From: the human T2T-CHM13v2.0 reference genome, Homo sapiens
Strand: one strand, 5' to 3'
Assembly (NCBI RefSeq): GCF_009914755.1
Contig: NC_060925.1
DNA length: 64,000 nt
Shown piece after piece: positions 1 to 14,434 of the stretch. Position 1 is the stretch's first letter. Every line of letters starts with the position of its first letter. The notes beneath the pieces were generated by a model. The model saw nothing but the letters and a program-made list of their open reading frames with translations, had not been told where the DNA came from and ran no database searches. Made by a program: the position numbers and the translations under genes.

Positions 1-194
1 TCCAGCTACCAAGAAAAATAGAAGTGAGGCTGTTGGCCTAACAAGGAAAGGAAGAAAACTTGCAACAGATGGAGACTGTATCTTGGAGCAATAAAGAACT
101 AAGGAGCAGGTATTTTATTAACTTTTTTCCCAGACCATATGACTATCTTCAGTGGTCTCCCAGCAATGTTTAGAGGCATAGGAAATTATTTTCA

Positions 195-544
195 TGTTAT
201 GGACTGAATGTTTATGTTCCCCAAAAATTTATATGTTGAAGCTTTCAATGTGATAGCATTTGGAGTTGGAGACTTTGGGAAGTAATTAGGTCATGAAGGT
301 GGAGCCCTCAAGAAGAATAGTACCCTTACAAGGAGAGGCCAGAGAGCTAGCTAGCTATCTTTCTACCATGTGAGGATACAGTGAGAAGTTAGCAGTCTGC
401 AGCCTGGAAGAGGTCTTCAACAAAAGCCAGCCACACCTTCACCTTGATCTTGGAATTCCAGCATTCAGAACTGTGAGAAATAAATTTCCGTTGTATATAA
501 GCCACCAGTTAATATTATTTCTTATAGCAGCCTGAGCGAAAACA
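195..544 (+). mobile_element. MaLR solo LTR (MST/MLT1A-like)
   Basis: Begins TGTTATGGACTGAATG and ends ...AAAACA; typical MaLR internal text (GTGAGGATACAGTGAGAAG, CAGAACTGTGAGAAATAAATTTC); 5-bp TSD TTTCA (190-194) / CTTCA (545-549). Confidence 0.9.
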
Positions 545-1849
545 CTTCATATAGAGAGAAGATCTGGGAAGCACATATCAAATATTAAAAAGAAAAAATT
601 TAAAGATGAGCATGAGTGAACATAGCTAAGTTAATGAGGAGGGTCTCCTTGATTACATGAACACATATAAATGCTGGATAAAATACTAAAATTTTAAAAC
701 ATGGCTTAATTCAAAAGAAAGGAAAATATTCTGAAGTTAGAAGGAAGCTTGAAAAGATCATGCTCTTCATTAATACATTCCATTACCTCCCAGCCTTCCC
801 CATACCAAGCTCTCAGATTATATCGATAACTTAAAGGCAGCCTAACTTAATGGGCAGAGTATTTTCTCGATGATGGCTGAGTATCTGGATGAGTCAGACT
901 TGATACTGGCTTGAAGAAACTCACAGCCTAGGGAAAGAGACATTGTAGCAATTTAAAAATGGAGAAACCTCTCCCCTTACTAGCTCCTGTCTCTCAATCA
1001 TGGTAACTCATGCCATCAAAGAGAATTTAACTGGCACTGACACCACTCTTTCTGGGTAACAAAGTGGAAGAGCCACTGACAGCTGGTTTAGTGGGTTTGA
1101 AAAATAAACCAAGCTCAGGAGAGTACCAACAGCTTCCTAGCACAACAATATTATACTAGGGGCTACTCTTCTGAAAGGAGCAAAGCTAAATGCGACTGAT
1201 AGAAAGGAAATGCTGTCCTTACTAAATTTTTTATTGTCTCCAAGAAATATGAATGCCCAACCCACTGTCTTGGTGAAATGTGATAACTTCTTAGGAAGCA
1301 AATGAGGAAATCAACAGTGATTCATTGATCTTATAATGGCTGAGAAGGGTAGTAATCGATGGAAAATTGACCCAAACCAGGTATACTGAAAAGGTCAGAG
1401 AGGCAGACTGTCCTCCTTTAGAGATGAAGAGCACAGTTCCTAAAGGAGGGAATGAGAACATGGCCCTCAGGGATCTGGAAGGAGATGGAGTTAAAGAAGA
1501 AAGGTCAGGTAAATTGAGAAGGGAAAGAGGTCCCAAGGATGGAAATCCTCACAGAGGCCACTCTCTTTTTAAAGGCCCAAATCTGAAAACTTCCCCTTTT
1601 CCATTAGATAGACTGCTGAAAATAGATGGGCTGCATTCTGTGTTTCTGCCACTCCTTGCTAAAGATAACTCCTTAAAGAACTTTGTAAACTTCACATAAT
1701 TCTTCATTTGGATGAGATTAGCAGGACAATGTAGTTCAAGAAGGGCCAGACCTCATTGACCTCTTAGTATCTAGGGACTTAGTGAACATGGGGCTAGCAA
1801 AGGCATTATGGCCATATGTAAATTTTTTAATGGGTATATTACACCAGAT

Positions 1850-2240
1850 ACTGTTTATGCCTTAGTTTCATAACTTAATGTTAATTCATAAGAATTTCTT
1901 CATGTCATGAAGTATTCTTTGAAAACATTACTCCTGTTGCTATAAAATCATCATAAACGTGCATCATAACTAATTAAAGCATTCCCTTCTTGGATATTTG
2001 AGTCCTACTTTTTTCTGTTATAAATAATGCTGCAGTGAACATCTTTGTATACCTTTTGTCATCATTTCATCACTTTCTTGGTTTGGATTTCTATACATGA
2101 GGTCACTGGGTAAGGGGTATGAAGCGTACAAGGCTCTTGAAATGTATTGACAAATTGTCCTCCCCAAAGACCTCATCCCTTTATGTTCCCACTGTCGAGT
2201 ATGCAAGTACCTGTCACATGATACCTTTGTCAACATTGTG
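1850..2240 (-). mobile_element. Old L1 (L1ME-like) fragment
   Basis: Degenerate antisense L1M 3' region text (ATGCTGCAGTGAACATCTTTGTA...GACAAATTGTCCTCC...TATGTTCCCAC); approximate ends. Confidence 0.6.
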
Positions 2241-3025
2241 CCTGTGATATTACAGGGGAAAATGTTTTATCCAATTAGCCAGGACACATGACTTGAACTT
2301 AACCATCTGCCCAAATGAAATTTGAGAAGTTTGGTTTAAACATGGAAACATGGAAAAGCTAATTGTACTTCTCACAGATGTGGCACCAGCAGAAAAAGGG
2401 AAAAATTGTTTTCAACATTTTATTTCCATCAGGAGAGAGGGCTTATGAACCCCAGGCTTCATTTTTCTTTCTGGAAAAGAGTATGTGGTATGAACTAGGT
2501 ATGCTAGATCTCTATGGTTAACTGGAGAAACAGATAAAGATCTCCATTTCTCTTCATGCTCATGCCCTTAACTGGTACTTATTTACAGGGTATTTGGAAG
2601 AAGACAACATAGGGCATGTAAGCCTAGTCTATTTTAATGGCATCAGATGTTTTGATTCTTTAAATTTATTGAAGGATTAAAAGAGTTGGAGCTAAGAGGC
2701 TCTGAACACTCATTTTGCTACATCCCCAAGTATCATTAAAATTTGACTTTCTTACTGATGTAACAAAATATTTAAACACACTGAGATTGAAATTCTAGGG
2801 AATAAAACAAGGCTGTTGCTGGCTTGTTCAAGGAAGTGAAGACATTTAGACTGAACAGGAGGCCATAGAACCTCATTCATTCCAAATTTTAGAGTATTAG
2901 AGTTCCATCGTGGAAATGGAATGACCATTTCAGAAGAGATTCATAGATCATGATGTCAGTGAACCTAAATTTTCAGAATTGCTCTTGGAGTGCAGACCTT
3001 AGGATGTGACCAAATATATATATAA

Positions 3026-3394
<369 letters not shown>

Positions 3395-3900
3395 TGATAT
3401 AAAAGTTAACTATGTCCAGTAGAGTCATAGTATCCCTGAAATCATGTAGGCAAGTATATAAATCCCAGAACTACATGGACATTTATGGCTATGTAATGAA
3501 ACACTAGGCCATAATTTTCTTTATAAAACAAGCAAAAAGCAGAATATCACAAATAGGGATATAAATCTAGAATTAGAATTTAGGTGTTCTCTGATTTAAT
3601 ATACACAACAGTTTTAAAGAATAGTTTAGCCTTCTAAAAACATATATCCTCACAAAATAGATCAATGACAAATACTATGCCTAAAACTATATGCCTTTTT
3701 CCTAGTAATAAATGTAATTAATTTTTACAAAACCTTCATATGACATCTTAATTCCACATTTTTGAACAGCCTAAAGGTTTCACTTTCCATCACTGTATTT
3801 AAAAGTATGATACACATAGATAACGTTCTATTATAGGCATTATATAGGTTTGGAGAGCAATAAGTCTAGGTACAAATCCTGGCTCCATCACCCCATAAAG

Positions 3901-4428
3901 TTCTCTCCTTGACCTTTAAGAACCTACATAACGTGGAGAGGTCTGTCTTTGTGGTCTCACCTCCTACCACGTTCTTCCCCACTCATGATGCTTCAGCCCC
4001 ATAGGCCTCCTTTGGTTCCTCAAGCACCTCAAGCTAGCTTCCCCCTTCACAACCTTCAGTGTTCTCTCTGCTTGAGCTACTCTCCCCTCACATCTTCACA
4101 TCACTTGCTCTCTCACTTCATTCAGGCCTCTTTTCAAATGTCATCTCCTCAGAGAACCCTTCTCTGTCCATTCAATCAAAATAGCTCCCACCCTCGGTTA
4201 CTCACAATCTCACTACTCTGTTTTTCTTTACTGTCTAAAATCATAAATTCTATTTAATCATTTATCCACGTATTCATTGACTTTCTTTCCAATAGTAAGC
4301 TCTGTGAGAACAGGAACCTTACCTATTTTGTGCCCTGATACATCTTCCATAGCTAAAACAACTTCTGATACATAGTGAGTGAATACTTTATAAATATTTT
4401 TAATGAATGGTTGAATAAATGAATGAAC
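3901..4428 (+). mobile_element. L2 3' fragment
   Basis: Pyrimidine-rich L2 body ending in the L2 tail (GTAAGCTCTGTGAGAACAGG...AATGAATGGTTGAATAAATGAATGAA). Confidence 0.8.
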
Positions 4429-4441
4429 AAGAAATGATATG

Positions 4442-4784
<343 letters not shown>

Positions 4785-6204
4785 TCACCTAATTTAAACT
4801 TTCAGTTGAAACAGAGTGTAACCAAAGGAGATTTCCCAGAGGAAGGTAAAATGTGAGCTGAATTTTAAAGGATCATCAGAAGAAAATGAGGATCCTAGGT
4901 CAAAGAAACAGACATGTAAGGATAGAGGTAAGAAAACACAGCTTAAATACTAACTGCAGGTGATCTGAAATGACTTGACAATAAGTTAAACAGTAGAAAA
5001 TGGCTTCTCTGTGGGTGGAGAAGTTGAGTATAGTCCTAGAAGCTCTATAAATAATTTGAATACCAAAAGTGGTAAAAACATTGTATTTCTAAAGCCCCCA
5101 GAGATGACCAAAATCATGTGGACTTTCTTTCTAACACAGTTTACAGCAAAACAGGAAGTTTAAAATAACATTTATTGGGGAACTTCTCATCTTCAAAATC
5201 CTCTGCATGTGCCCTGTTCACCTCCCTCTCATACACGCTCTCCAACTAAGATCTGGCAGAAACTCAGGCCAGTTACCCTTTAAGACATCCAACAAGATCC
5301 ATAATTATAAGCCAGCTTCTCTGATGGGATTAGAGACAGATTCTGTATGGTGAGTTCATCTCACAGTAGCTGTATTTAATAATATCCAGTAATTGCTACT
5401 GTTACCACCTGTGTCTTGGCAGATGTTTTAAGTGGTAATCTCCTCCCATCCCTCACCCCTCTCACATGCCACACAATAAACTGATTGTCAGGGATACGAT
5501 TTCTCATATGTATATTTTTAATGCTGCTACAATTGCCAACTTAACAGCCACATGTCTTCTGAACTTGCCGGCTGGGGCGGGGGAAGGGTATATGTTGCTT
5601 TGCAGCAGGTAAAATGGTCCAAACAAAAAACTATATCCCTGCCCAAGTAGTCTGTTATCCAAAAGCAAGAGTAGGCAAGCTTCAGAACGTAGCAGAACAA
5701 CACCCACACAATACAGGCAGATGGAGTGGCGTATGGCCACCACAGCTGGAAGACTTTGTGAATGATGCCCAAACCATTGCTAGTCTTTGAACACTTCCCC
5801 AGTTCAAAGTATAGAACACCATCTATTATCAACAAACTCCTAAAAGCTAAATGAGATGTTTAAGGTGTTCTTCAGTAGAGGTCATATTCCTAAGTGTGCA
5901 GACCTAAAATAGAACGCTTTCTGACAAAAAGTAAACTATTGCCCCTTCACAATACCATCCACCCTCAATGGTAACACATTCTGTACCCTTGTTGTCAGAG
6001 GCAAGCACCATTTACTGACTTTTTGTGATACGATGCCATTAACCAGTGCTTAAATGGATACTTTAGATCAATGTTTTGGGTGGGCAAACAATGGAAAAGG
6101 GTGTAGCAATTACTCTCTTGCCTTATATTGACCAACCATTAAAGCCTGGTACTGTTATTGCCTATTTTGTTGCTAATGTTTAGGAGCAGTAGAAAGGTAA
6201 ATGG

Positions 6205-6365
6205 GATATGGTGGAAAGATCATTGGAACTAGGGAGATAAGCTGTAAAATTCTTATCAAGCCACCTCATCTTTCTAAGCTCCACTTTTCTTTGCTATAAA
6301 GTGGGAATAAATAGTTGTATCTACTTCACTAGACTATTTTAAAAATTAAGTAAGATAGTATAGGA
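6205..6365 (+). mobile_element. MIR
   Basis: Degenerate MIR core (CTAAGCTCCACTTTTCTTTGCTATAAAGTGGGAATAATAG). Confidence 0.55.
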
Positions 6366-6726
6366 TCATCCAAATGTTAGAACTTATTATGTAACATCCG
6401 TTGTTTCTGTGTTCTTCTAAATTTCTGAGGAAGCTCTTAAATGACCCTATAAGCATTTTTATTTGTTGAGCTTTTTAAAATATGAATTTCCATTTTTACA
6501 ATAGTTTTAGATTTACAGAAAAATTAAGAAGATAGTATAGAGTATCCACACACCTCACACACCGTTTCACCTATTACTAACATCTTATATTAGTATGGTA
6601 TCAATTTGTTACAATTAACCAGCTAATATTGACGAATTATTATTAATTTAAGTCTCAATTTTATCACATTTTCTTAGTTTTATCTAGCATCCTTTTTCTT
6701 TTCCAAGATCTCATGCAAGATACCAC

Positions 6727-7481
6727 AGTCAACCTTAAATAACTAGATTCAGAAAATATGATTAAGGATAGAGTTTACTTGAACACAAATATTAAAGGTG
6801 GTCATGTGGAAACATTGACTCCAAATGAATGGGGTCAGGTTCCCAGGTGAAGAAGTTGAGGTTTCACTTAATAGGCAAAGGCAGAGAAATTTTAGCAGGA
6901 TTACATTTTCCCCATAGATCAGTGCATATATTACAGCAATTTGATTGGTTACAGACTGCTACATTCCGAGGAAGCTTTTTACTTCAGAAGGAGGGGCAAT
7001 GATCTGAGGGATTCTTATCTCTGGTGCTGTTTGGTCTTAACTTTTTTTTTTTTTTTTTGAGACAGAGTCCCGCTCTGTCACCCAGGCTGGAGTGCGATGG
7101 TGTGATCATGGCTCACTGCAACCTCCACCTCCCCGATTCAAGCGGATTCTCTTGCCTCAGCCTCCTGAGTAGCTGGTACTACAGGCACGTGCCAACACAC
7201 TCAGCTAATTTTTATATTTTTAGTAGAAATGAGGTTTCACCATGTTGGCCAGGCTGGTCTCAAACTCTTGACCTCATGATCTGCCCACCTTGGCCTTCCA
7301 AAGTGCTGGGATTACAGTCGTGGGCTACTGTGCCCAGCCTGGTCTTAACTATTTACGGGGGAAAAAAAGCAGAAGTTGCTGCTTCATGCCATGTGACTCA
7401 GGCTGCAGAGCCACATCCCTCTCAAGGGTCAGAATAATTTAAAGTTTCAACAGTTTTAAGTTTGAATTATTCTATTTCACA
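6727..7481 (-). mobile_element. ERV1-class solo LTR (MER93-like) containing an Alu
   Basis: (A)GTCAACCTTAAATAACTAGATTCAGAAAATATGATTAAG ... TTTAAGTTTGAATTATTCTATTTCACA; 4-bp TSD CCAC at 6723-6726 and 7482-7485. Confidence 0.85.
7043..7339 (-). mobile_element. Full-length Alu (AluS-type) inside the MER93-like LTR
   Basis: Poly(T) then antisense Alu; 11-bp TSD TGGTCTTAACT at 7032-7042 and 7340-7350. Confidence 0.97.
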
Positions 7482-8944
7482 CCACATTACATTTAGCTGA
7501 CATGTCTCCGTAGGCTATTTTTGCTTGTGATATTTTCTCTGACTTCCCTTGTTTTTGATGACATTGACAGATTTAGGGAGTACTGCTCAAGTATTTTGTA
7601 AGACGCCCCTCTAATGGACTTTGATGTTTCTCTCAAGATTACGCTGGGGATATGGGTTTGGGGAAGGAAGATTACAGAGGTAAAGTGTCATTTTTATCAC
7701 ATCAAATGAAGGGCACATACTATCAACATGATTTATGACTGTTGCTATTGACCTTGATTACCTGGTTGAGGTAGTATTTTTCAGGTTTCTCTAGTGTAAA
7801 GTTACCTCTTTCCATATTACATTCTTTGGAGAAAGTCACAATTTGCAGCTCACAATTAAGGAATGAGAAGTTATGCTCCCTGTATCTGGTTTTGTTTTTA
7901 TCAAACAAAAGTAGCATTTCCATGGGGCAGAACTTGCCCACTTGCAATAGAGAGAATATTGGGGCTAAATGATATTTCTAAAGAGTTGGTATAAACTCAC
8001 TCTTTTTTTAGAAGAAAAACTATAGTAAGAGGAGTTTTCTATTCCTTGCCTTGAAGATCATAAGTTTCCACTTTTTCTTTAAGATAATTTTTATCTTGAA
8101 GGAAAAAAAAGTTTATTTGTTAGGTTTGCCATTGAATGCTTGAGGGGGCCTGTCTTCTTCGTATACTATTGTCTTTTCCTTCTTTTTACTTTCTTACCAG
8201 CATCTTCTCTAAAAAGAGAGCTCATACATTCATTTCTTCTTGTAGAACTTTCCACCATACTACTTCAAGTATGTTGTCTGTATAATTTTCTGAGAGAAAA
8301 AAATTTAGAATCCAAAGCTTCTCTCTGAGGGAATATTACCTTTGAAGTTCAAGGAGGCATCAGAATCAAAGCGAAATCTACAATTTATTTCCTTAGGACA
8401 AATTCTGGGAAGATAAAACTAACAAGATACAAAAGGAAAAATCTGTTTCAAACTGATAATAAATATGCTGTGATAAGTAGACAAAAGAAAACATGAGGAA
8501 GTCATGAAAAAAGTTACTTTGTTTACAACGTTGGATTTCCCAAACCCCAGCAATATGGGCAGCCAAAATCACTGAATCTTTGTATCTCAAACTTTCCTAA
8601 GGAAACTTCAATTTTCAGAATACTAGTCTCTGAGGCAGAATAAAAACACAATAAACATACAAATACACACAGTGAAATCTGACACAAGAAATTTAGATAA
8701 ATTAAACTAAGTCATCAATATTTTGTTTTAAAAGAAAGCTGTGTAGCAGTAAGCAACATTTTTTCTAACGATAGTCACGTGGATACACAGTTCTTGTCTC
8801 TTCTCTATCAAAAACATACCCATATCCGGGAGAGAAATTTAGCACTTGGCTAACAAACCATTGAGACAATTTCTTTTTTAACAACAAAAACAAAACAAAA
8901 CAAAAACAAAAACCCACCAAGATTAACAGCTTCTTTAGTCAAAG

Positions 8945-9180
8945 GCAATACAGCATAGAGGATCAATTATTACTTTTGGAACTAGAAAGATTGGATTTAA
9001 ATTATAGCCTCTCCACTTACTAGCTATATGGTCCTAGATTACTTATTTAACCTCCCTGAATCTCAGATTCCTTATCTGTGAAGTAGACACATTAGTGCCT
9101 ACCTTGTGTGTCCTTATTACAATTAGAGATAAGGTAGTTGGAAACGTAGCAAACAGCCTAATTGAAACATAGCAGGCTCT
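8945..9180 (+). mobile_element. MIR
   Basis: CCACTTACTAGCTATATG...TTAACCTCCCTGAATCTCAGATTCCTTATCTGTGAAG core. Confidence 0.8.
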
Positions 9181-10004
9181 GAATTAGAGAAAGAGATGAT
9201 GCTATCCCTGTCTTCACTGGGTTAATAAGCTAATAGAAGAAATAGAGATTAACCAAGGAATAGCAAAAATAAATGTAAAATTATCAAAATAATAAATTAT
9301 ACAAAGTGACTCAGAATTATTGAGGTATCATGGGAACTACATGGCTGGGAAAAGAAGTGTCTATTCTGTCATGGTCAATGGTAGTTCCATAAATTTTCTT
9401 TGTTTTTAGATTTACCTTGATTTTAAAAATTATAATGTTCAAACAGCTAAGGAACAGATAAGCTGTGAGATATAAATCACAATTTCACTAATTGAATGTA
9501 TTTTCTCACTTTCTCCCAGCTTTTTTCCTTGGAAACACTGGGAAGGGACATAAGGTGGCATGAGAGAACACTAGATCCCTGTATACTCCTCCTGGAGATC
9601 CCACCATTATGGGTTAAAAATAGAAGCTGTTGAATTGGTGAACTGGATGTAGTTAAAGCCCCACTGTAATTAGTGCAGGAGCCCCACAGATTGTTAATGA
9701 GGCTGTTTGAATTAGCACCTGCTCCTGCAAGGGTCCGTTTTGAGCCGGTTGGCAATCAGGTCCCTTGGGTCAGTAAGAGGGAAATGGGAGTGGAGGGGGT
9801 GGAGTCCCTGGGCTGTCTTGTAGGTGTTTCTGAGAGTCTCTGAATCAATTTTATTTTCTGTTTATTTTACTACGTGCAAAAGGCTGGGCCAGATGTTAAA
9901 GGATATGTAAAGGTGAAAGACACACCGCTTGCCCCCCAAGAACTCACACAGAGGGGCAAGACATTTACACAAGGAACAAGTCTCCAAAGCATCTATGAAG
10001 CAAC

Positions 10005-10210
10005 GCAGTTCAGCAAGAGAACTCTGACCTGGGAGTGAATCATGGTCCTTCTACTTTCTAGCTGTGTGATTTTGCAAAGTTGTGTAATCTTTCAAAGCCT
10101 CAGTTTCCTTATCTGTAAAATCAGGATTATTGGATATTTATGAGGAATAAATGATAGCCATGAGTAAAGTGGGCAGTATATCACTGGGTGAATAATAGGT
10201 ATTCAGTAAT
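10005..10210 (+). mobile_element. MIR
   Basis: CTAGCTGTGTGATTTTGCAAAG...GCCTCAGTTTCCTTATCTGTAAAAT core. Confidence 0.8.
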
Positions 10211-10489
10211 TAAACTGACTTCAAAACCAAATAAATGCAAAAAGTGCAAAGAAATACCAATGAAATGCTTTGGAACTCCAATGGAGGAAGGTGTCATATC
10301 AGGAAAAACTTTTTGGAAGTGGTATGTGAGATGAACCTTATAGCAGTTGTCTGATTTTAAAAGGAGGCAATGTAGTTGGGGAAAAAGATTCCCAGGGACA
10401 GATGGCATAAGCAAAGGCATGAAGGCAGGAAAATCCGTGACACTCCAACTAGTAGATGTGTTTTTTGCTTAAGTTGTAGTTACATAGAC

Positions 10490-10730
10490 CATAAGTCAGT
10501 CTCCAACCTCAAAAAGCTCATAGTCTAGTGGGGAGACAGACACACAAACTGAAATTGACAAAGCAATGTGACAGCAGTTGTGATAGAGGACTGCAAATGT
10601 GCTGTGGGAATCCAGAGGAGGCCCACTTGGATCAGCTGGGCTAGTGCTGACCAGGTGGTATATCAGAAGATGAAGAGGGTGTGCTGAGATTCTAGAGGAT
10701 GATAGAGAAAATGCTGGGCACATGGCCCAT
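10490..10730 (-). mobile_element. L2 fragment
   Basis: CTCAAAAAGCTCATAGTCTAGTGGGGAGACAGAC...TGCTGTGGGAATCCAGAGGAGG, antisense L2 text. Confidence 0.65.
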
Positions 10731-11242
10731 GCTCAGTAGAAGTGCCAGGCATAACATCATGCTAGGCACACAGGATGGGACCTAGGAGTTGAGAAACACG
10801 ATGAGAACGAAAACTGGGTTGGTAGCACTAAAAGGGTAAGAACAGTGACCAGGGAAGAAGCAGGAATATGAGAGAAAAATGGCTGAATTCTAGAGCTTGA
10901 GGGTGGAGCCATTTAGTACTATAATGAAGCCTGAGATCAGCTGTGAACCTAGGTGGCTGAAATTGAGGAGAAGGGAGACACTGGAGATTAAGAGCTCAAA
11001 GATTACGGGGAGTAAGCAACTTGAAATATCACTGTTGTCTGATGATGACCCAGAAGGCAGAGATAGAAGGAAGCCTATGTGGAAAAAAAAAAATCAATAA
11101 GCCAAGTCTAAAAATCACTCCGAAAGAAGGAATTGTGTCCTGAAGGGCAATAGATGGCTTTGGTATTTGAAATGTGCTAGCTACTTACTGCTGAGCACCA
11201 GTTTTATGCCAGGCACTTTAGACTCATTATGGTATCTTCAGT

Positions 11243-11590
11243 TGTGTTGGTTAGGATATTGGTTAGGTTGCTGTGAAAGGAAGGTCCAAAATAACCATGA
11301 CCAAAGTAAGATAGAAGCTTATTCCTCTGTCATGTAAAAGTCTGGGTATGTGGTCCATGGCTGCTATGACAACACATAATCATCAAGGTTTCAGAGGCTT
11401 TCTGTTTTGTTGTCCTGCCAATTTCTATCTCAGCTCCCACCATTACAGCTCCATGACATCTGCATTCCTGATAGTTGGAAAGGGCAGTAGATAGCATGGC
11501 CCAGAATCACTAAGAGTGACCAACATTCAAAGGTAGGAGGATTAGATTCCCCTCCTGGTAAGGGAGTGACAAGGTCACAATGCTGAAGAG
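11243..11590 (-). mobile_element. Old MaLR LTR (MLT1-type)
   Basis: GTTAGGTTGCTGTGAAAG...AAGATAGAAGCTTATTCCTCTGTCATGTAAAAGTC...ATTCAAAGGTAGGGAGATTAGATTCC. Confidence 0.6.
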
Positions 11591-14434
11591 CAGGTGGGTA
11601 GGAATATACATTAACCAGCTAATAAAGCAAGTTCTCTGTGAATGCCATTTTTTCATCTACCAGTATCCACAGAACAAATACTTTTTAAAAGTACGTATTT
11701 CCTTCTCCATTCTAAAAGGATTTAAGGGATACGTGTTAGAGTAGAAATGCCAGTAAAATGAAATAGTACTCAGAGATTTTGGTTGTCAGCATGTTGGAAA
11801 TGCCCAGTGAACGGTAGCCATAGCCAACTGGGTTCTATTTGTGGATCTGCTTCTCACAAGCTGTGTGAATTTGAGCAGATCACTGAGCTTCTTTAGACCT
11901 GACTTTCCTCACCAGTAAAATGAGAAGGATAATATCAATAATTTCTAAGGTCCTTTCCAGCACTAAAACCTACATGAAGACTGAGTACTCTTTCTCTTAT
12001 TTCCTGCTATCATGATTGGCCGAGTTATTGTCAACTACTAAGCAATTAATCGTCTAGTCTATTAAGTGCAAACGACAACTGTTAAGGAGCAACTAAGAAT
12101 AGTTAAAACTGTGAGAGCAAAGGCTCTAATCAAATGTTTCTGAACATATGCTCATGGGCTTACTTGAGAATAGCACTTATTCATTGTTTGCATTAAAATC
12201 TCATGTGATGAAATATTAGAGATTGCACAAATTTTGTTGTATCCATAATAGTCAATAAAAGTATTATACAATGTAGCTTTACTATGAAAGTAGAATACAT
12301 TTATTTCACAGCTATGTAAAGTAGATATTTTTAAAAAGTACCTCATCAAGCTTTGATGTTCAGCTTTTCTAACTCCTGCTTCCTTAAAATTCAATACTGG
12401 AATCGTTTTGGTTCCCACCCCACCCCTGACCCGCTCAGAACTATCCCAGTAACCACCCTCCACCCACCCCCACATATACACATACACACAGCCAAGCTGC
12501 TTTGGATGCTCCTGCTCTGCACTCTAGAAGTCCCTCTTGCTTCTTTCTGTGTTGGTACTTGTTACACTGTATTGTCATTGTCTGTCATTTCCTCACCTAC
12601 AGTCTCCTCAAGCTGTGATCATCTCGAGAACAGAAGACAACTCTACCACCAGGGGTTAGAGTGAAGCGTGGACATACTAGGTGCTCAATGAATTCTTGAT
12701 AAATGACTACGGTTCCTTTGTTCCCCTTAGGAGATGTTGAAATGAATACAAGCCATGTTCTATCTTATGTCAAGTTCCCAAATTCTTCAAATATCCATAA
12801 TTTCACATAAGCCAATTCTTATGTTGGTGTGCATAGTTGGAGTTTGTTTTGAATGTGCCCAATGCAGAGGTGAAAGCGGAAAGAGAAGCAACTAGTATTA
12901 AGCAGCCACTTTACATATTTTTTCCAATAACTTTAAAAATCATCATCTTCATAGCAACCTATAAGGTAAGTACTATTATTTCTATTAAATACAAACTGAG
13001 GCTCAGAGAGAAAAAGGAACTTGCCAGGGATCATGCAGCTCCTGAATAACAGAGGTGGAATTCATCTGACTCTAATACTACACAGCACTCCACAGGGAGG
13101 AGCTGGGCTAGGGGTGTGGGTGGAGACTCACTCTCATGCTCTGAAACCTCTGTTTTAAAATTGACCTATCCCCTACATTTATGCTTACTAACCCTGAATT
13201 TTAGCTCTTTACATGTAGGTTCAGCAACAAGTGCTCCCCACCATAACTAATACCTCTATTCTTCACCATTCATTATTTGAGCCATGGAGTTTACATGGAT
13301 GCTATTGTTAAGTTGTTCTCATTAAGAGAGAAACAGGGCGGGACAGGGGAGGAGTGTGGCAAATCAAATCCTCAGGTCAGATCAACAAGATGAACAAAGA
13401 AACACAGGTGCCCTTATAACTGAGGTGCACAATGAGCTTGTAATGCCTTTGTGTGAAGATTTGGGACTTTTAAAGAAAAATAACATTGTCCTTAATACAG
13501 GAATTGCCTTTCCAAGGAAGAAAGTAAGTTTCCATGCTCTTACTGATTGCTTTGTTACATGAAGTTGACTATTCTAGAGCCACAATATGACTAGTAATTG
13601 TAAAATTGTAGATTTTACACGTTTACAAATTTGGGCAAAATGATCACAGATACTATTTATGGTTTGTATTGGGAAGGAATATAAATTAATAATTTGCTTT
13701 GGAGATTTTTAACATAATTCCCAAACACTTACTTTAAAATAGTTAATACTATCCTGATAATATTTTAACTATGTACATATATGTATACAGTCATATAAAT
13801 ACATGAGTAAGCCTAAAAAATTTTTCAACTGATGAGAAACTTTTTTTTCCTATTACATGGTTCTTAATTCTATGATGAGGTACTATTTTGATAAAATTTT
13901 TCATGTAAGTGGTATTACCTTAATATATTTGATTCCTAGACCTTTCTTAGATTACTTCTGAAATATCAATAAGATAAACAGAAATTATAAAATTGGAGTT
14001 TTATTTTTAAAGTCTCTCTGTGGAGTTTTTCAATTGTTTTTGAAAGAGCTAATAAATCCAGAGAATAGATTAAATCATTAAATATAATAAATAAAATGTA
14101 CAATACAGTCCTATGTATGCCAGATTTTTTATTTTGAAGAATTCATAGCTGAGCTGACTTTGGAAAAGTTAAAACTGAAAGAATTAATAATCTTTGTATG
14201 TCTTGTGTCTGGATTTAACTTCTGTTTTAGTAATATGAGCATATGTAAATGCTACATGGGTTTCTTTTAAATAGGGACAGCTTTCCACTATGAATTGTGA
14301 CAGGTCACACATTTACACAACCTTTTAGTGTTAAATAACAATATGTTTATATATCAATATAAGGAACACGTACTAAAATCTTTATATTAGAGTGTGACAA
14401 AGAACTTAAAATTTTTTTAATTTGTAATCATTTT

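Larger units (their letters stand above)
6470..7885 (-). mobile_element. L1MC-type 3' end, split by an LTR insertion (pieces ~6470-6726 and ~7482-7885)
   Basis: TTTTAGATTTACAGAAAAATT... and ...GATACCAC|ATTACATTTAG... rejoin across the insertion. Confidence 0.8.

Noticed and set aside
5504-5835. Two overlapping minus-strand ORFs; possible processed pseudogene
   Set aside because: No recognisable protein similarity, poly(A) tail or TSD
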